From: Paraphysomonas bandaiensis
Taxonomy: Eukaryota; Protista; Chrysophyceae
Length of the DNA stretch: 17,246 nt
Direction: 5' to 3'
Assembly: GCA_965644295.1 (NCBI GenBank)
Contig: CBFFRP010000469.1
Location: 1 to 17,246 of the forward strand
In this document: piece by piece, positions 13,601-17,246 of the stretch
How the letters are laid out: every line of letters begins with the position of its first letter
How positions within the stretch are numbered: position 1 is the first letter of the stretch
Notes under the pieces: model-generated
Database searches by the model: none
The model's input: only the letters and a program-made list of their open reading frames with translations
What the model was told of the DNA's origin: nothing
Program-made: the position numbers and the translations under genes

Positions 13601-16600
13601 AACCATGTACTTGCCCTCTATGAGCTATGATTTATACGATGAATACTTCTGTGTCCGCTCATGTGTGATATGTATGGTATGATATTTATTCTCGTATCAT
13701 GGCTATGATTATTAGGTTACATGTTTGAGTGCGGTGCTTGGCAGTGCTGCTCCAATGAAAACCATGTACTTGCCCTCTATGAGCTATGATTTATACGATG
13801 AATACTTCTGTGTCCGCTCATGTGTGATATGTATGGTATGATATTTATTCTCGTATCATGGCTATGATTATTAGGTTACATGTTTGAGTGCGGTGCTTGG
13901 CAGTGCTGCTCCAATGAAAACCATGTACTTGCCCTCTATGAGCTATGATTTATACGATGAATACTTCTGTGTCCGCTCATGTGTGATATGTATGGTATGA
14001 TATTTATTCTCGTATCATGGCTATGATTATTAGGTTACATGTTTGAGTGCGGTGCTTGGCAGTGCTGCTCCAATGAAAACCATGTACTTGCCCTCTATGA
14101 GCTATGATTTATACGATGAATACTTCTGTGTCCGCTCATGTGTGATATGTATGGTATGATATTTATTCTCGTATCATGGCTATGATTATTAGGTTACATG
14201 TTTGAGTGCGGTGCTTGGCAGTGCTGCTCCAATGAAAACCATGTACTTGCCCTCTATGAGCTATGATTTATACGATGAATACTTCTGTGTCCGCTCATGT
14301 GTGATATGTATGGTATGATATTTATTCTCGTATCATGGCTATGATTATTAGGTTACATGTTTGAGTGCGGTGCTTGGCAGTGCTGCTCCAATGAAAACCA
14401 TGTACTTGCCCTCTATGAGCTATGATTTATACGATGAATACTTCTGTGTCCGCTCATGTGTGATATGTATGGTATGATATTTATTCTCGTATCATGGCTA
14501 TGATTATTAGGTTACATGTTTGAGTGCGGTGCTTGGCAGTGCTGCTCCAATGAAAACCATGTACTTGCCCTCTATGAGCTATGATTTATACGATGAATAC
14601 TTCTGTGTCCGCTCATGTGTGATATGTATGGTATGATATTTATTCTCGTATCATGGCTATGATTATTAGGTTACATGTTTGAGTGCGGTGCTTGGCAGTG
14701 CTGCTCCAATGAAAACCATGTACTTGCCCTCTATGAGCTATGATTTATACGATGAATACTTCTGTGTCCGCTCATGTGTGATATGTATGGTATGATATTT
14801 ATTCTCGTATCATGGCTATGATTATTAGGTTACATGTTTGAGTGCGGTGCTTGGCAGTGCTGCTCCAATGAAAACCATGTACTTGCCCTCTATGAGCTAT
14901 GATTTATACGATGAATACTTCTGTGTCCGCTCATGTGTGATATGTATGGTATGATATTTATTCTCGTATCATGGCTATGATTATTAGGTTACATGTTTGA
15001 GTGCGGTGCTTGGCAGTGCTGCTCCAATGAAAACCATGTACTTGCCCTCTATGAGCTATGATTTATACGATGAATACTTCTGTGTCCGCTCATGTGTGAT
15101 ATGTATGGTATGATATTTATTCTCGTATCATGGCTATGATTATTAGGTTACATGTTTGAGTGCGGTGCTTGGCAGTGCTGCTCCAATGAAAACCATGTAC
15201 TTGCCCTCTATGAGCTATGATTTATACGATGAATACTTCTGTGTCCGCTCATGTGTGATATGTATGGTATGATATTTATTCTCGTATCATGGCTATGATT
15301 ATTAGGTTACATGTTTGAGTGCGGTGCTTGGCAGTGCTGCTCCAATGAAAACCATGTACTTGCCCTCTATGAGCTATGATTTATACGATGAATACTTCTG
15401 TGTCCGCTCATGTGTGATATGTATGGTATGATATTTATTCTCGTATCATGGCTATGATTATTAGGTTACATGTTTGAGTGCGGTGCTTGGCAGTGCTGCT
15501 CCAATGAAAACCATGTACTTGCCCTCTATGAGCTATGATTTATACGATGAATACTTCTGTGTCCGCTCATGTGTGATATGTATGGTATGATATTTATTCT
15601 CGTATCATGGCTATGATTATTAGGTTACATGTTTGAGTGCGGTGCTTGGCAGTGCTGCTCCAATGAAAACCATGTACTTGCCCTCTATGAGCTATGATTT
15701 ATACGATGAATACTTCTGTGTCCGCTCATGTGTGATATGTATGGTATGATATTTATTCTCGTATCATGGCTATGATTATTAGGTTACATGTTTGAGTGCG
15801 GTGCTTGGCAGTGCTGCTCCAATGAAAACCATGTACTTGCCCTCTATGAGCTATGATTTATACGATGAATACTTCTGTGTCCGCTCATGTGTGATATGTA
15901 TGGTATGATATTTATTCTCGTATCATGGCTATGATTATTAGGTTACATGTTTGAGTGCGGTGCTTGGCAGTGCTGCTCCAATGAAAACCATGTACTTGCC
16001 CTCTATGAGCTATGATTTATACGATGAATACTTCTGTGTCCGCTCATGTGTGATATGTATGGTATGATATTTATTCTCGTATCATGGCTATGATTATTAG
16101 GTTACATGTTTGAGTGCGGTGCTTGGCAGTGCTGCTCCAATGAAAACCATGTACTTGCCCTCTATGAGCTATGATTTATACGATGAATACTTCTGTGTCC
16201 GCTCATGTGTGATATGTATGGTATGATATTTATTCTCGTATCATGGCTATGATTATTAGGTTACATGTTTGAGTGCGGTGCTTGGCAGTGCTGCTCCAAT
16301 GAAAACCATGTACTTGCCCTCTATGAGCTATGATTTATACGATGAATACTTCTGTGTCCGCTCATGTGTGATATGTATGGTATGATATTTATTCTCGTAT
16401 CATGGCTATGATTATTAGGTTACATGTTTGAGTGCGGTGCTTGGCAGTGCTGCTCCAATGAAAACCATGTACTTGCCCTCTATGAGCTATGATTTATACG
16501 ATGAATACTTCTGTGTCCGCTCATGTGTGATATGTATGGTATGATATTTATTCTCGTATCATGGCTATGATTATTAGGTTACATGTTTGAGTGCGGTGCT

Positions 16601-17246
16601 TGGCAGTGCTGCTCCAATGAAAACCATGTACTTGCCCTCTATGAGCTATGATTTATACGATGAATACTTCTGTGTCCGCTCATGTGTGATATGTATGGTA
16701 TGATATTTATTCTCGTATCATGGCTATGATTATTAGGTTACATGTTTGAGTGCGGTGCTTGGCAGTGCTGCTCCAATGAAAACCATGTACTTGCCCTCTA
16801 TGAGCTATGATTTATACGATGAATACTTCTGTGTCCGCTCATGTGTGATATGTATGGTATGATATTTATTCTCGTATCATGGCTATGATTATTAGGTTAC
16901 ATGTTTGAGTGCGGTGCTTGGCAGTGCTGCTCCAATGAAAACCATGTACTTGCCCTCTATGAGCTATGATTTATACGATGAATACTTCTGTGTCCGCTCA
17001 TGTGTGATATGTATGGTATGATATTTATTCTCGTATCATGGCTATGATTATTAGGTTACATGTTTGAGTGCGGTGCTTGGCAGTGCTGCTCCAATGAAAA
17101 CCATGTACTTGCCCTCTATGAGCTATGATTTATACGATGAATACTTCTGTGTCCGCTCATGTGTGATATGTATGGTATGATATTTATTCTCGTATCATGG
17201 CTATGATTATTAGGTTACATGTTTGAGTGCGGTGCTTGGCAGTGCA
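10537..17246. repeat. 159-bp tandem array, 42 full copies plus a partial copy, nearly identical; continues to window end
   Basis: CATGTTTGAG recurs at 10541, 10700, 10859, 11018, 11176, 11335 ... 17218. Variants seen: A>G at 10688, a 1-bp deletion near 11052, CA>AT at 13117-13118, and the final base 17246. Confidence 0.98.

Noticed and set aside
10537-17246. Unspliced 53-codon repeat ORF (159 = 3 x 53), or 5S/SL RNA array
   Set aside because: No long ORF in any frame of the array; no 5S, SL or snRNA signatures recognised.

Overview
Eukaryotic (protist-like, possibly stramenopile) genomic window with short GT-AG introns. It holds: an unassigned G-rich stretch at the left edge; an intronless WDR53-like WD40 gene (-); a ~1.07 kb compound (TATG)n/(TAGG)n microsatellite punctuated by a recurring 26-bp motif; a 4-exon, ~589 aa multi-pass membrane protein with PHTF/7TM-ion-channel-like motifs (+); a 634-bp non-autonomous TIR element with a strongly structured non-coding core; a complete 7-exon MCM3 gene (-, ~782 aa); and a near-perfect 159-bp tandem array (42 full copies, running off the window). 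The most striking observation is that, on the minus strand, the 159-bp unit parses as a 96-nt GT..AG intron plus a stop-free, phase-0, 63-nt exon (LIEGKYMVFIGAALPSTALKH), and the last copy reads on into unique sequence to a stop. The array may therefore be an amplified intron-exon module of a gene rather than an ordinary satellite. All gene models and family calls were made by eye without database searches.
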